Positions 1 to 8,890 of a stretch of 22,233 nucleotides of DNA are shown here, in pieces; position 1 is the stretch's first letter, and each line of letters opens with the position of its first letter. Below the pieces are notes generated by a model. It had not been told where the DNA came from and searched no databases. It saw nothing but the letters and a program-made list of their open reading frames with translations. The DNA lies in assembly GCA_051892935.1 (NCBI GenBank), contig JBJFGS010000016.1, positions 1-22,233 on the forward strand, written 5' to 3'. This DNA is from Candidatus Coprovivens sp. GTDB taxonomy: Bacteria; Bacillota_I; Bacilli_A; RF39; UBA660. A program made the translations under genes and the position numbers.

Positions 1-76
1 TATGTGTCTTTTTTTATATCCTCTTCGGACACTTACTCTTGCTATTTATAGATTAAAGCATCTTCTTTAATAAAAC

Positions 77-105
77 TTGACAAATTAATTAAAATGAACT
101 AATAT
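77..105 (+). promoter_or_regulatory. putative sigma-A promoter of the first hypothetical gene
   Basis: TTGACA (77-82), 17 nt spacer, TAATAT (100-105); G-rich RBS before ATG 141. Confidence 0.55.
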
Positions 106-140
106 ACCTCTCTTAAAAACAAAAAAGGGGGATATTAGTC

Positions 141-719
141 ATGATGACGATAATGAATTCAGTTCCAAAAACTGAAATAAAAGATATATTTGGAATAGTA
201 TATTTATCAACAAATGATCCAATTACTTTAACTAATAATTATAATAGTATATTATCCCAAAGAGGTTATTTAATAAGTAAATTATATTATTTTTTAGATA
301 ATAGTGCCTTATCTTCAGTATATCCTCTAACAATATCTGATATAGACTTATTACTATTTAACTATACTAGTAATCCCCTTAATAAATGTCAATACAATCA
401 ATATTATAATTATGAAGAACTAAGTCTATTCAATTTATTTAAAAAGATTATAACTAATAAAAGTGAACTAACTAATGAAGACTATTATAAATTATATACA
501 TTTACTAAAAATAGAAAAAGAGCAGAAGATATAATAAATAATTCATCTTATAATAGATTATTACTAGATAAAAAAACAGTAGAACAACTATTATCTTTAA
601 CTACTAGAAGAACTCTTACTAATGGTCATATTATTAGATTATATGAAAATATATGTCATGACTTAAATCTTAATACTTACGATACATCTCGTAAACTAGA
701 ATATAAATATAACAATTAA
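141..719 (+). CDS. hypothetical protein (192 aa, Asn/Tyr/Leu-rich)
   Basis: ORF with RBS AAGGGGGG, upstream promoter and downstream hairpins; no recognised motif. Confidence 0.7.
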   Translation: MMTIMNSVPKTEIKDIFGIVYLSTNDPITLTNNYNSILSQRGYLISKLYYFLDNSALSSVYPLTISDIDLLLFNYTSNPLNKCQYNQYYNYEELSLFNLFKKIITNKSELTNEDYYKLYTFTKNRKRAEDIINNSSYNRLLLDKKTVEQLLSLTTRRTLTNGHIIRLYENICHDLNLNTYDTSRKLEYKYNN

Positions 720-751
720 AAAAGATAAAAATGTTTATCTGGTTGTATTAT

Positions 752-776
752 AAATAGAATATTATTCTATTTTTTT
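752..776 (+). terminator. putative intrinsic terminator
   Basis: AAATAGAAT-att-ATTCTATTT followed by a T run; AT-rich stem. Confidence 0.5.
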
Positions 777-786
777 ATTACCTTAT

Positions 787-815
787 TCAATATTTATTAA
801 CCTCAAGCATACATT
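787..815 (+). promoter_or_regulatory. putative sigma-E (mother-cell sporulation) promoter
   Basis: CATACATT at 808-815 fits the sigma-E -10 consensus CATACAHT; TCAATATT at 787-794 resembles the sigma-E -35; directly upstream of the cotE RBS. Confidence 0.55.
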
Positions 816-833
816 ATACTAGAGGTGATTATT

Positions 834-1352
834 ATGTCTAATTATAAAGAAATCCTGACTAAAACAGTAGTTGGTAAAGGTAGAAAAAACTTTAAATCAG
901 ATTATTCTTTAACACCAGAAAATACTCCTAACACAGTTTTAGGTTGTTGGGTAATAAATCATAACTTCAGTGGAACTAATACTAAAAATGATGTAAATGT
1001 AAATGGTAGCTTCGATGTAAACGTTTGGTACTCATATGATAATGATTCTAAAACAGCTGTTACCACAAGAAACTTTACCTATAATGAACTATTACGTTTA
1101 AGAGTTAAAGATATGGATGCTCTTTCTAATAATAATGAAATCATTGTTAGAAGTTTAAAACAACCAACAGTACAAGATGTTAAGATAAAAGGTAATGAAG
1201 TTCACTTAAGTATAGAAAAAGAATTAGGAGTTGAAATAGTAGGAGAAAGTAAAGTAAAAATAGCAACTTTAGAAGATGAATTACCATGGGATGAACTAGA
1301 TGACTCAAACGATGAAATAGATAGTATAAATGAAACATATATGGGAGAATAA
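834..1352 (+). CDS. cotE: outer spore coat morphogenetic protein CotE
   Basis: MSNYKEILTKTVVGKGRK, LGCWVINH and FDVNVWYSYDNDSKT match B. subtilis CotE (MSEYREIITKAVVAKGRK, ILGGWIINH, YDINVWYSY); acidic C-tail; ATG 834 after RBS AGAGGTG preferred over GTG 825. Confidence 0.92.
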   Translation: MSNYKEILTKTVVGKGRKNFKSDYSLTPENTPNTVLGCWVINHNFSGTNTKNDVNVNGSFDVNVWYSYDNDSKTAVTTRNFTYNELLRLRVKDMDALSNNNEIIVRSLKQPTVQDVKIKGNEVHLSIEKELGVEIVGESKVKIATLEDELPWDELDDSNDEIDSINETYMGE

Positions 1353-1379
1353 TCTTACAATTAATAGATTATTCTTTTT
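1346..1379 (+). terminator. intrinsic terminator overlapping the cotE stop
   Basis: AGAATAATCT / AGATTATTCT 10-bp stem followed by TTTT. Confidence 0.65.
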
Positions 1380-1434
1380 GTTTACAAAGATTTTTTTAAA
1401 TGTTAACATTATATTAGAATAATAGAGGTGTATT

Positions 1435-2412
1435 ATGAGTAAGGTTTTATATAAAATATTATTCTTTTTTCTACTATTATTGTTCTTTCCTAATGCAATA
1501 GTAATTGCTGATGATATTACTATTAATAAAGTAATTTTATATATGGAGGATAATAATCTTTTTGAAGATAAAGAATACTTTCAATTATTTGGTCGTATCT
1601 TAAATGGCGATAATGAATATGATATTGATAAATTTGAATACACAATATATAAAGAAGATGAACAAATTACATTTTATGTTAAATTAAACGATAAAAATAA
1701 TGGAATTATTGAACAAGAAACTACTATGACAGTTACAGATAACCAGATAACATATATAAACACCAATGATATAAAATCTTTAGAATCTAGAGTAGATACA
1801 ATTTTATTTATACAGATAATATATTCTATCGGTGGAGCACGAGGTTATAATAAATTATGCTTAGTAAATTGGATGAACCAAATAGACTTAGACAATTTAA
1901 CTATTGAATCTGGTATAGTTGGAGAAACAGAAAAATTAAAGTATAGCTATCAAGTAGATAATTCAACTTTTGATTATTATATTAATATTCCTAAACAATA
2001 TACAATTGATATTAATAAGATAACAGATAACATACCTGTATCCAATTATATTGTGATTAAAGAAGTAAAAAAGGAAGTTACAAGTATAACGCTAAGTGTT
2101 TATGCTGAAGAACATTTAGATGAACAATGTGAAATATATCGTTTAAATAATAATGAAGTCTATGAAAAAGTTGGAACTACTAGTTGTAATAATGGTGAGT
2201 TCACTGATAATAATTTAAAAGAAAATACTACCTATACATATCAAGCAACAATAAAAGATAAAATAACTTGTTCAGATACTAAAAAAATCACTACAGAAAA
2301 GGTACCATCAACAGGTTCAAATATTGCTCTATATTGCCTAGGTTTCCTGACAATTTTAAGTACAATACTATATACACTATATAAAAAATTTAATTTATTT
2401 AGGAAAGTATAA
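1435..2412 (+). CDS. secreted, cell-wall-anchored protein with C-terminal fibronectin type III-like domain and LPxTG-like (VPSTG) sorting signal
   Basis: N-terminal signal peptide; SITLSV..EIYR..FTDNNLKENTTYTYQ is an FN3 pattern; VPSTG followed by a hydrophobic helix and basic tail KKFNLFRKV. Confidence 0.75.
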   Translation: MSKVLYKILFFFLLLLFFPNAIVIADDITINKVILYMEDNNLFEDKEYFQLFGRILNGDNEYDIDKFEYTIYKEDEQITFYVKLNDKNNGIIEQETTMTVTDNQITYINTNDIKSLESRVDTILFIQIIYSIGGARGYNKLCLVNWMNQIDLDNLTIESGIVGETEKLKYSYQVDNSTFDYYINIPKQYTIDINKITDNIPVSNYIVIKEVKKEVTSITLSVYAEEHLDEQCEIYRLNNNEVYEKVGTTSCNNGEFTDNNLKENTTYTYQATIKDKITCSDTKKITTEKVPSTGSNIALYCLGFLTILSTILYTLYKKFNLFRKV

Positions 2413-2422
2413 AGTGATAACT

Positions 2423-4708
2423 ATGAAAAAAAGAACTATATTTTATTTAAATGTATTAGTAATAATATTTTTGATTGTAATTATATTTTCTGTAAATACT
2501 AAAACTAGTTTGATTAATAAAATTTCATTTAAAAATGATAAAGTAGTTGAAAACAATTACGAAATAGAACAAGTAAAATTATTTGCCATTACTTTAGAAG
2601 CTCAATCAGAATATATAGAAAATATAAAATCGACACCATTAACATGCAATATCAACGTTGAACGTATTACAAAAATTCTGTACATAGATGAAGATAAACA
2701 AATAGGTGAAAAAAGTATAATCTACAAAGAACCTGTCGGGAATTTAATGCAACCAATAAAAAAAGGTTATACATTTGAAATGTGGACAAATGAGAATCAA
2801 GAAACAATCAATGAGCAGTCTATTATTGATTCAACAACCGATTATAAAATATATGCTAATTGGAACATAGTTATTAGTAATTTAATAGTTAATCCAAATG
2901 GTGGTACATGGAATGAAAGTGTAGGAGAACAACTATTTAGCTTAGAATATAGTGAAACAAAGGAAATACCAGATCCAACACGAATAGGTTATACATTTGA
3001 TAATTGGGAGATAACAGGTGCTGACAGCGTTATAGAAAATAAAATTTTTAAAATGGGTACTGAAAATACAACTATTAAGGCAATATGGAATGTTGATGAA
3101 TACAAATTAACAATAAATCCAAATGGTGGGACATATAACAACTCCACCAATTTAACAGAAATGACTGTCGCTTATGACTCTAAAACAAAAATAAGCACCC
3201 CTACAAGAAAAGGATATACTTTTATAGGATGGACTATTAGTAATGGTATATTAAATGGTGATGAATTTACCATGAACTATACCGGGGATGTAATTATAAC
3301 AGCTAATTGGCAAGTAAATAATTATAAATACATAGTTTATCATAAACAGCAATCAATTGATGGTAGCTCCTATAATATTGTTGCTGATGACACGATAACG
3401 GGAATATTTGATTATGGAACAACAATTATTCCTAAAATAAACGATTATACTGGATTTATCAAACCCAATACTCAAAGTTTAACAATTGATGTAGACACAG
3501 ATCCACCTGTTAAAAATATTGTTAATTATAACTATAATCGTAGTCAGTTTATATTAACAATAAATCCAAATTCTGGTATATGGAATGGCTCGTCATCTAC
3601 ACAAAAATATAATTTGTTCTATCAACAATCTTACACTATAGTAAATCCAACTAGAACAGGCTATAATTTTATAGGGTGGAACAAAGATGATCCGTATAGT
3701 AATTTAGAAGATCAAATATTTACAATGAATCTAAATGATACTACTTTAACAGCTATCTGGGAGGCCAGGAAATATACATTAACATACTCTGTAAATGGTG
3801 GTAACGCTATAACTCCGACAAGTAAAACAATAACATACGATTCTCCATACGGAACATTGCCAACTCCAACTAGAAAAGGTTATAAATTTGAAGGTTGGTA
3901 TACATCAGCAACGAGTGGAAGCAAAGTTACAGAAGCGACTATTCATAAATCAGAAAGTAACGTTACTCTTTACGCACATTGGAGCAATACAGCTCCAACA
4001 ACGCCTGTAACTACAATAACATATTTAAATTCTGGAACAACAGAAAACGGAATATTGAAAAATGGAAAAGAAACCGCAACATTAGTAGCAAAATCAACCG
4101 ATTTAGAAGATATATCTCCTACAATTAGTATTAAATGTGTATCAGGTAAACTATGTAAATCATTATCTATTACTACAACCAGTGTATCTTCGGGACAATC
4201 AATATTCAAAATAAATTCTACTTCGATTGGAGTAGGAGTAATAGAAATAACTGCAACTGATAAGGCAGGTCTAAAAAGCTCAACACGTATTATAATCATC
4301 ATTTATTCAGAAGATAATGGAGAATTAGTAGAAGCTAAATACACTGTTACTACTTATGATAGTGGATGGCTAGATTATTTAGAAGGTTTCTATATTTCTA
4401 ACTTTACATTTGAAGTAAAATTTGCTAGTGGCCATAATAATTCAAGTAATACTGATACAATGGTTGTTTATGGAATGACAGAATCTGGAAAAGAAGTAGT
4501 ACTATATACTTGGACTGGTAACATGCAATCTACACTACACGAAAGTAATTTAAATGTTTTAAATAATCTAGGTGAAAAAATTAGGCAAATACGTTTCTAT
4601 ACATATTCACCACATGATAACTGTGCTAAATCAGCTACAATAAAATATTCAATCTATTATAAGTTTGATCCTGAATTAATGGAAAGTGCTTATGAACCTG
4701 TAACTTAA
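2423..4708 (+). CDS. InlB B-repeat (Listeria-Bacteroides repeat)-containing surface protein
   Basis: N-terminal basic + hydrophobic segment; five P-x-[RK]-x-GY-x-F-x-x-W repeats with NPNGG turns and A-x-W ends; one MucBP-like unit between repeats; alternative GTG start at 2414. Confidence 0.85.
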   Translation: MKKRTIFYLNVLVIIFLIVIIFSVNTKTSLINKISFKNDKVVENNYEIEQVKLFAITLEAQSEYIENIKSTPLTCNINVERITKILYIDEDKQIGEKSIIYKEPVGNLMQPIKKGYTFEMWTNENQETINEQSIIDSTTDYKIYANWNIVISNLIVNPNGGTWNESVGEQLFSLEYSETKEIPDPTRIGYTFDNWEITGADSVIENKIFKMGTENTTIKAIWNVDEYKLTINPNGGTYNNSTNLTEMTVAYDSKTKISTPTRKGYTFIGWTISNGILNGDEFTMNYTGDVIITANWQVNNYKYIVYHKQQSIDGSSYNIVADDTITGIFDYGTTIIPKINDYTGFIKPNTQSLTIDVDTDPPVKNIVNYNYNRSQFILTINPNSGIWNGSSSTQKYNLFYQQSYTIVNPTRTGYNFIGWNKDDPYSNLEDQIFTMNLNDTTLTAIWEARKYTLTYSVNGGNAITPTSKTITYDSPYGTLPTPTRKGYKFEGWYTSATSGSKVTEATIHKSESNVTLYAHWSNTAPTTPVTTITYLNSGTTENGILKNGKETATLVAKSTDLEDISPTISIKCVSGKLCKSLSITTTSVSSGQSIFKINSTSIGVGVIEITATDKAGLKSSTRIIIIIYSEDNGELVEAKYTVTTYDSGWLDYLEGFYISNFTFEVKFASGHNNSSNTDTMVVYGMTESGKEVVLYTWTGNMQSTLHESNLNVLNNLGEKIRQIRFYTYSPHDNCAKSATIKYSIYYKFDPELMESAYEPVT

Positions 4709-4727
4709 TGATGTTAACCAAAAAAGG

Positions 4728-4756
4728 TTGACAGCATTAAAATATTTTGTTATATT
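4728..4756 (+). promoter_or_regulatory. sigma-A promoter of rpsP-khpA
   Basis: TTGACA (4728-4733), 17 nt spacer, TG-n-TATATT (4751-4756). Confidence 0.75.
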
Positions 4757-4785
4757 AGTATCGCTAAACAAAGGAGGGAAATACT

Positions 4786-5061
4786 ATGGCAGTTAAATTA
4801 AGATTAAAAAGAGGCGGTTCTAAACAAAGACCTTTCTATAGAATAGTAGCAGCAGATGCTCGTAGTCCAAGAGATGGTAGATTTATCGATACAATCGGTA
4901 CTTATAATCCAATCCCAGCTGAATACGAAGTAAGCATTGATGAAGAAAAAGCAATGTATTGGTTAACAAATGGTGCTCAACCAACTGATACTGTTCGTAA
5001 CCTATTAAGCCAAAAAGGAATTATGGCTAAATATGCTGAATCTAAAAAAGAGGGTAAATAG
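4786..5061 (+). CDS. rpsP: 30S ribosomal protein S16
   Basis: [35 protein letters not shown]...[12 protein letters not shown]; RBS AAGGAGG. Confidence 0.99.
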   Translation: MAVKLRLKRGGSKQRPFYRIVAADARSPRDGRFIDTIGTYNPIPAEYEVSIDEEKAMYWLTNGAQPTDTVRNLLSQKGIMAKYAESKKEGK

Positions 5062-5063
5062 TT

Positions 5064-5309
5064 ATGGATTTAAAAGAATTTACTGAATACTTAGTAAAAA
5101 GTATTGCTAAAGAACCTGATATGGTTAGTGTTCAACAATTTGGTGGTGAAGAAGATTCCACTATCTTAGAAATCATTGTTCATGAATCAGATATGGGAAC
5201 AGTAATTGGACGTAACGGAAAAATGGCTAGTGCTATTCGTACACTAGTACAAGCTCATGCATATATTTTAGGTTTAAAGAAAGTTAAAATAAATATAGAT
5301 TCATTTTAA
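5064..5309 (+). CDS. khpA: KH-domain RNA-binding protein KhpA (YlqC)
   Basis: DMGTVIGRNGKMASAIRTLV GxxG KH loop; conserved position directly after rpsP. Confidence 0.93.
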   Translation: MDLKEFTEYLVKSIAKEPDMVSVQQFGGEEDSTILEIIVHESDMGTVIGRNGKMASAIRTLVQAHAYILGLKKVKINIDSF

Positions 5310-5342
5310 AAGAAACATTTCCAAAATGTTTCTTTTATTTTT
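5307..5342. terminator. bidirectional intrinsic terminator between convergent khpA and AraC genes
   Basis: AAAAGAAACATTT-cca-AAATGTTTCTTTT 13-bp stem with A/T tracts on both sides. Confidence 0.75.
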
Positions 5343-5355
5343 ATAGTATAACAAA

Positions 5356-5817
5356 CTAAATAGATAATTTCTTAACCTTAACATCTCTAGGTTTAATATG
5401 TTTTTTATATTCATCTATATCTTTTTTTAAAGAATTTAATCTTATAATTGAATCAACAATTATATTAGCTTCTTCATCTTTCAACCTTCTATCATAGTTA
5501 ACAAACTTTTTATAAGTAATAGGACTAACACCTATCACTTTTCTAAATATTTCTGAGTAATACTCTAATGAATTAAAGCCACTATTAAGTGCAATCTTAG
5601 TTATAGAATCATCATATTTATAATACTTTAAACTATTATAAATTTTAAAATAATTTAAATAATTAATTATAGAAATACCAACTTCCTTCTTAAATCTTTT
5701 CATAATATAAAATTTATCAAAGCAAAAAATACTACTAATTAAATCAATAGTAATCTCAGAACACATATTCTTTTCGAGATAATTAAGAATATTACAAACT
5801 AATTCATTTGCATACAT
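5356..5817 (-). CDS. AraC-family transcriptional regulator (DNA-binding domain only)
   Basis: ILNYLEKN..ITIDLIS..FKKEVGISIINYLN and SITKIALNSGFNSLEYYSEIFRKVIGVSPITYKK AraC signature; RBS GGAGAG. Confidence 0.9.
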   Translation of the reverse strand: MYANELVCNILNYLEKNMCSEITIDLISSIFCFDKFYIMKRFKKEVGISIINYLNYFKIYNSLKYYKYDDSITKIALNSGFNSLEYYSEIFRKVIGVSPITYKKFVNYDRRLKDEEANIIVDSIIRLNSLKKDIDEYKKHIKPRDVKVKKLSI

Positions 5818-5918
5818 AGTATCTCTCCATTCGCAAATATCATAACATAAAAGCCATTATTGTTTAAATTTATCTAAAAAAATTATAATATAATTAACTT
5901 ATCAAAGGAGGAAAGAAT

Positions 5919-7286
5919 ATGAATTATGCACAATGGAAGAATATGTCAGAATTAAGAGAAGAACTAGATAAAATAGGTAAAGACTTTAAAATTGAAAAAT
6001 CTGGTATTCCACTAACATATGACGAAGAACACTTATATTTTGATAGAAAGGATCATCATACATTAGTAATAGGAACAACTGGTTCAGGTAAAACACAAAG
6101 TATTGTTTTGCCACAAATAAAACTAGCCATGCTAGCAGATGAATCGCTAGTAATAAAAGACAATAATGGTGAATTATATACTGCTATAGCAGGAAACTTA
6201 GAAGAAAATAATTATAAAGTATACACAATCAACTTTGATAATTCTAATTTAAGTAATAATTGGAACCCTTTAACATTGCCTTACCAATTATATAAAGAAG
6301 GTAATGTTGATGAAGCCCAAAAAATACTAGAAAACATAGGTTACTACTTATTTAAACAATTAGATACTAAAGATGTAGATAACTTTTGGTCAACATCTGC
6401 AACTCAATACTTTGTTGGAATATCTTTATACTTGTTTGAACATGGAAAAGAAGATGAAATAAACTTCAATAGTATTTACGATATTACATGTGTTGGTGAA
6501 GATAAAAAAGATGGCGAAACGTACTTCAAACATATCCTAAATAGTCTAGAAAGAACATCTCCAACTTATATAAATTTAGTTGGTACCCTAGATGCACCAA
6601 TCGAAACAAGAGGTGGTATACTTTCTGTTTTCAAACAAATAATACGTCTAATTGTAAGTAGACAAAATTTATCAAGCATGCTTTCTACAAGTGATTTCGA
6701 TTTACTAAACATTCAAAATGAAAAATTTGCAATATTTATGATAGGAGAAGTAAATCCTTATACTATAAGACTAGAACCTTTATTCATAAATCAACTATAT
6801 AATAGTGTATCTTTAAATAAAAAAAGCTTACGCCGTATTAACGTTATAATAGATGATTTTGAATCATTATGTCCACTAGATAACTTTAGTGCCTTACTAA
6901 ATTCATCTCGTGGCTTAAATTTAAAATTTACTATTATAATCAAAAGCCTACTAGATTTAGAACGTCAATATGGAAAAGAAGATAGTGAAATACTAAAATA
7001 CACAATGGGCTGTATTATCTACTTATTAGCAAATGACTTATATACTTGTGAAGAAATATGCAAACTATGTGGTAACAAAGCACCAGGAGTACCTTTAATT
7101 ACTCCAGAAGAATTAAAACTTCTTCAAGTATTTGAAGCTATAGTATTAATTCCAAGAAATTTACCAATAAAAACAAAACTATTACCAGATTATCGTATTC
7201 CATGGAATATTAACAATATAGAAAAAGAACTTCCTGAAAGAAAAATAATAAAACATAATGTGTTTGATATCAAAAAGTACATCTAG
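5919..7286 (+). CDS. VirD4/TraG-TraD-like type IV coupling protein family P-loop protein (atypical, no TM anchor)
   Basis: HTLVIGTTGSGKT Walker A, WNPL, DNFW, IIDDF Walker B-like and LITPEEL motifs in VirD4 order; RBS AAGGAGG. Confidence 0.85.
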   Translation: MNYAQWKNMSELREELDKIGKDFKIEKSGIPLTYDEEHLYFDRKDHHTLVIGTTGSGKTQSIVLPQIKLAMLADESLVIKDNNGELYTAIAGNLEENNYKVYTINFDNSNLSNNWNPLTLPYQLYKEGNVDEAQKILENIGYYLFKQLDTKDVDNFWSTSATQYFVGISLYLFEHGKEDEINFNSIYDITCVGEDKKDGETYFKHILNSLERTSPTYINLVGTLDAPIETRGGILSVFKQIIRLIVSRQNLSSMLSTSDFDLLNIQNEKFAIFMIGEVNPYTIRLEPLFINQLYNSVSLNKKSLRRINVIIDDFESLCPLDNFSALLNSSRGLNLKFTIIIKSLLDLERQYGKEDSEILKYTMGCIIYLLANDLYTCEEICKLCGNKAPGVPLITPEELKLLQVFEAIVLIPRNLPIKTKLLPDYRIPWNINNIEKELPERKIIKHNVFDIKKYI

Positions 7287-7298
7287 TGTACTTTTTTT
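7272..7298 (+). terminator. intrinsic terminator overlapping the stop of the VirD4-like gene
   Basis: AAAAAGTACA-tctag-TGTACTTTTT followed by T run. Confidence 0.75.
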
Positions 7299-7303
7299 CT
7301 TCC

Positions 7304-7332
7304 TTGCTATTAAAAGATTATGATAGTATAAT
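7304..7332 (+). promoter_or_regulatory. sigma-A promoter of uppS-cdsA-rseP
   Basis: TTGCTA (7304-7309), 17 nt spacer, TATAAT (7327-7332). Confidence 0.65.
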
Positions 7333-7354
7333 TTATTAAGAAGGATTGATGAAA

Positions 7355-8062
7355 ATGGAAAAAAATTATCCTGAACATGTTGCTATTATTCTAGATGGCA
7401 ACAGAAGATGGGCTAAAAGAAAAGGACTTCCTCAATTAAAAGGCCATCAAAAAGGATTTGATAATATAAAAGAACTAGCTCCATATATTATTAATAAAGG
7501 AGTAAAATATTTAAGTGTATTTGCTTTTTCTACTGAAAACTTTAAAAGAACAGAAGAAGAAGTAACATACCTAATGGATTTATTTACAAATCTATTTAAA
7601 AATGAATGTAATAAAATTCATAATGAAAATATAAAAATAGTTTTTTCAGGACGTAGAGACAATTTAAGAAAAGATGTTTTAGAAGCGATGGATTATATCG
7701 CTTCTAAAACAAAAAATAATACAAAAGGAGTTTTTAACATATGTTTAAATTATGGAGGTCAACAAGAAATAGCAGATGGAACAAAACGAATAGTTAAAGA
7801 TGTTCAAGATGGAAAAATATCTATTGAAGATATCGATGAAAAACTACTATACAAATATATGTACAATGAATTACCACCAATAGATTTACTAATTAGAACA
7901 AGTGGCGAAGAAAGAATTAGTAACTTCATGATTTATAACTTAAGTTATTCTGAAATGTATTTTCCTAAAATATGTTTCCCAGATTTCGATAAAGAAGAAT
8001 TTGAACGTGCTATTGATATATATAATAATCGTGATAGAAGATTTGGAGGTAATAAAAAATGA
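7355..8062 (+). CDS. uppS: undecaprenyl diphosphate synthase
   Basis: PEHVAIILDGNRRWA, FAFSTENFKR, LNYGG, DLLIRTSGEERISNF, RRFGG; start could be 7346, 7349 or 7355. Confidence 0.97.
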   Translation: MEKNYPEHVAIILDGNRRWAKRKGLPQLKGHQKGFDNIKELAPYIINKGVKYLSVFAFSTENFKRTEEEVTYLMDLFTNLFKNECNKIHNENIKIVFSGRRDNLRKDVLEAMDYIASKTKNNTKGVFNICLNYGGQQEIADGTKRIVKDVQDGKISIEDIDEKLLYKYMYNELPPIDLLIRTSGEERISNFMIYNLSYSEMYFPKICFPDFDKEEFERAIDIYNNRDRRFGGNKK

Positions 8063-8877
8063 AAAAAAGAGTAATATCAGCAGCTATAATGGTTGCTATC
8101 GTAATCGTATTATTTCTTCTACCATCAACAATAGCAAAATATGCAATTGCTGTTGCTGTAGGTATCCTAGGTGCTTTAGCATATAAAGAAACACTAGGTT
8201 TAACAAAAAGTCATAAAGAATATCCAAAAGCTATAATAGCTATAGGATTTATATCTATGGAATTAATGATATTTAACCGCCTTAACCCAATGTATCTTCA
8301 CTATGGCCCTTCCCTAGGTATAATAGGTATAATAATGTTATTAACTCTTATACCATCAATATTCTATAAAAAAGACAAGTACACTACAAAAGATGCTTTC
8401 TATTTATTAGGAACTATCCTTTTAATAGGTATATTCTTTAATGTCCTAATGCTACTATTTATTGAAAATAAATGGTTATTATTATACTTAGTACTAGTAG
8501 CAACAATGACTGACACATTTGCCATGTTAATAGGTTGCTTAATAGGAAAACACAAATTAATACCTGACGTATCTCCTAAAAAATCAGTAGAAGGCAGTAT
8601 CGCTGGTTTAATAGTTGCAACAGCAATATCAAGCATTTATTATGTTAATATATTAGATAGTGGAATAAACATAATACTATTAATATCTATGACTATTATT
8701 CTATCAATATTAGGTCAAATAGGTGACTTATTCTTTAGTAAAATGAAAAGAGAAAATGATATAAAAGATTTTTCTAATTTAATGCCAGGTCATGGCGGAA
8801 TACTAGATAGATTTGATAGTTTAGTATTTATTATTCTAGGCTATGTTATTATTTTCCATATATTGTTATTAATTTAA
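8059..8877 (+). CDS. cdsA: phosphatidate cytidylyltransferase
   Basis: multi-TM; TDTFA, SPKKSVEG, GDLFFSKMKR..IKDFSNLMPGHGGILDRFDS signature; overlaps uppS stop. Confidence 0.97.
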   Translation: MKKRVISAAIMVAIVIVLFLLPSTIAKYAIAVAVGILGALAYKETLGLTKSHKEYPKAIIAIGFISMELMIFNRLNPMYLHYGPSLGIIGIIMLLTLIPSIFYKKDKYTTKDAFYLLGTILLIGIFFNVLMLLFIENKWLLLYLVLVATMTDTFAMLIGCLIGKHKLIPDVSPKKSVEGSIAGLIVATAISSIYYVNILDSGINIILLISMTIILSILGQIGDLFFSKMKRENDIKDFSNLMPGHGGILDRFDSLVFIILGYVIIFHILLLI

Positions 8878-8890
8878 GAAAGGTGATCAG

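Noticed and set aside
2730-3985. Repeats as a possible CRISPR array or DNA repeat element
   Set aside because: They are diverged protein-level B-repeats within one ORF, not identical DNA repeats with spacers
3970-4302. 110-aa minus-strand ORF
   Set aside because: Antisense shadow of the InlB B-repeat gene; no recognisable motif
5356-7298. Conjugative element (ICE) around the VirD4-like gene
   Set aside because: No relaxase, VirB4, VirB6 or integrase; flanked directly by housekeeping genes
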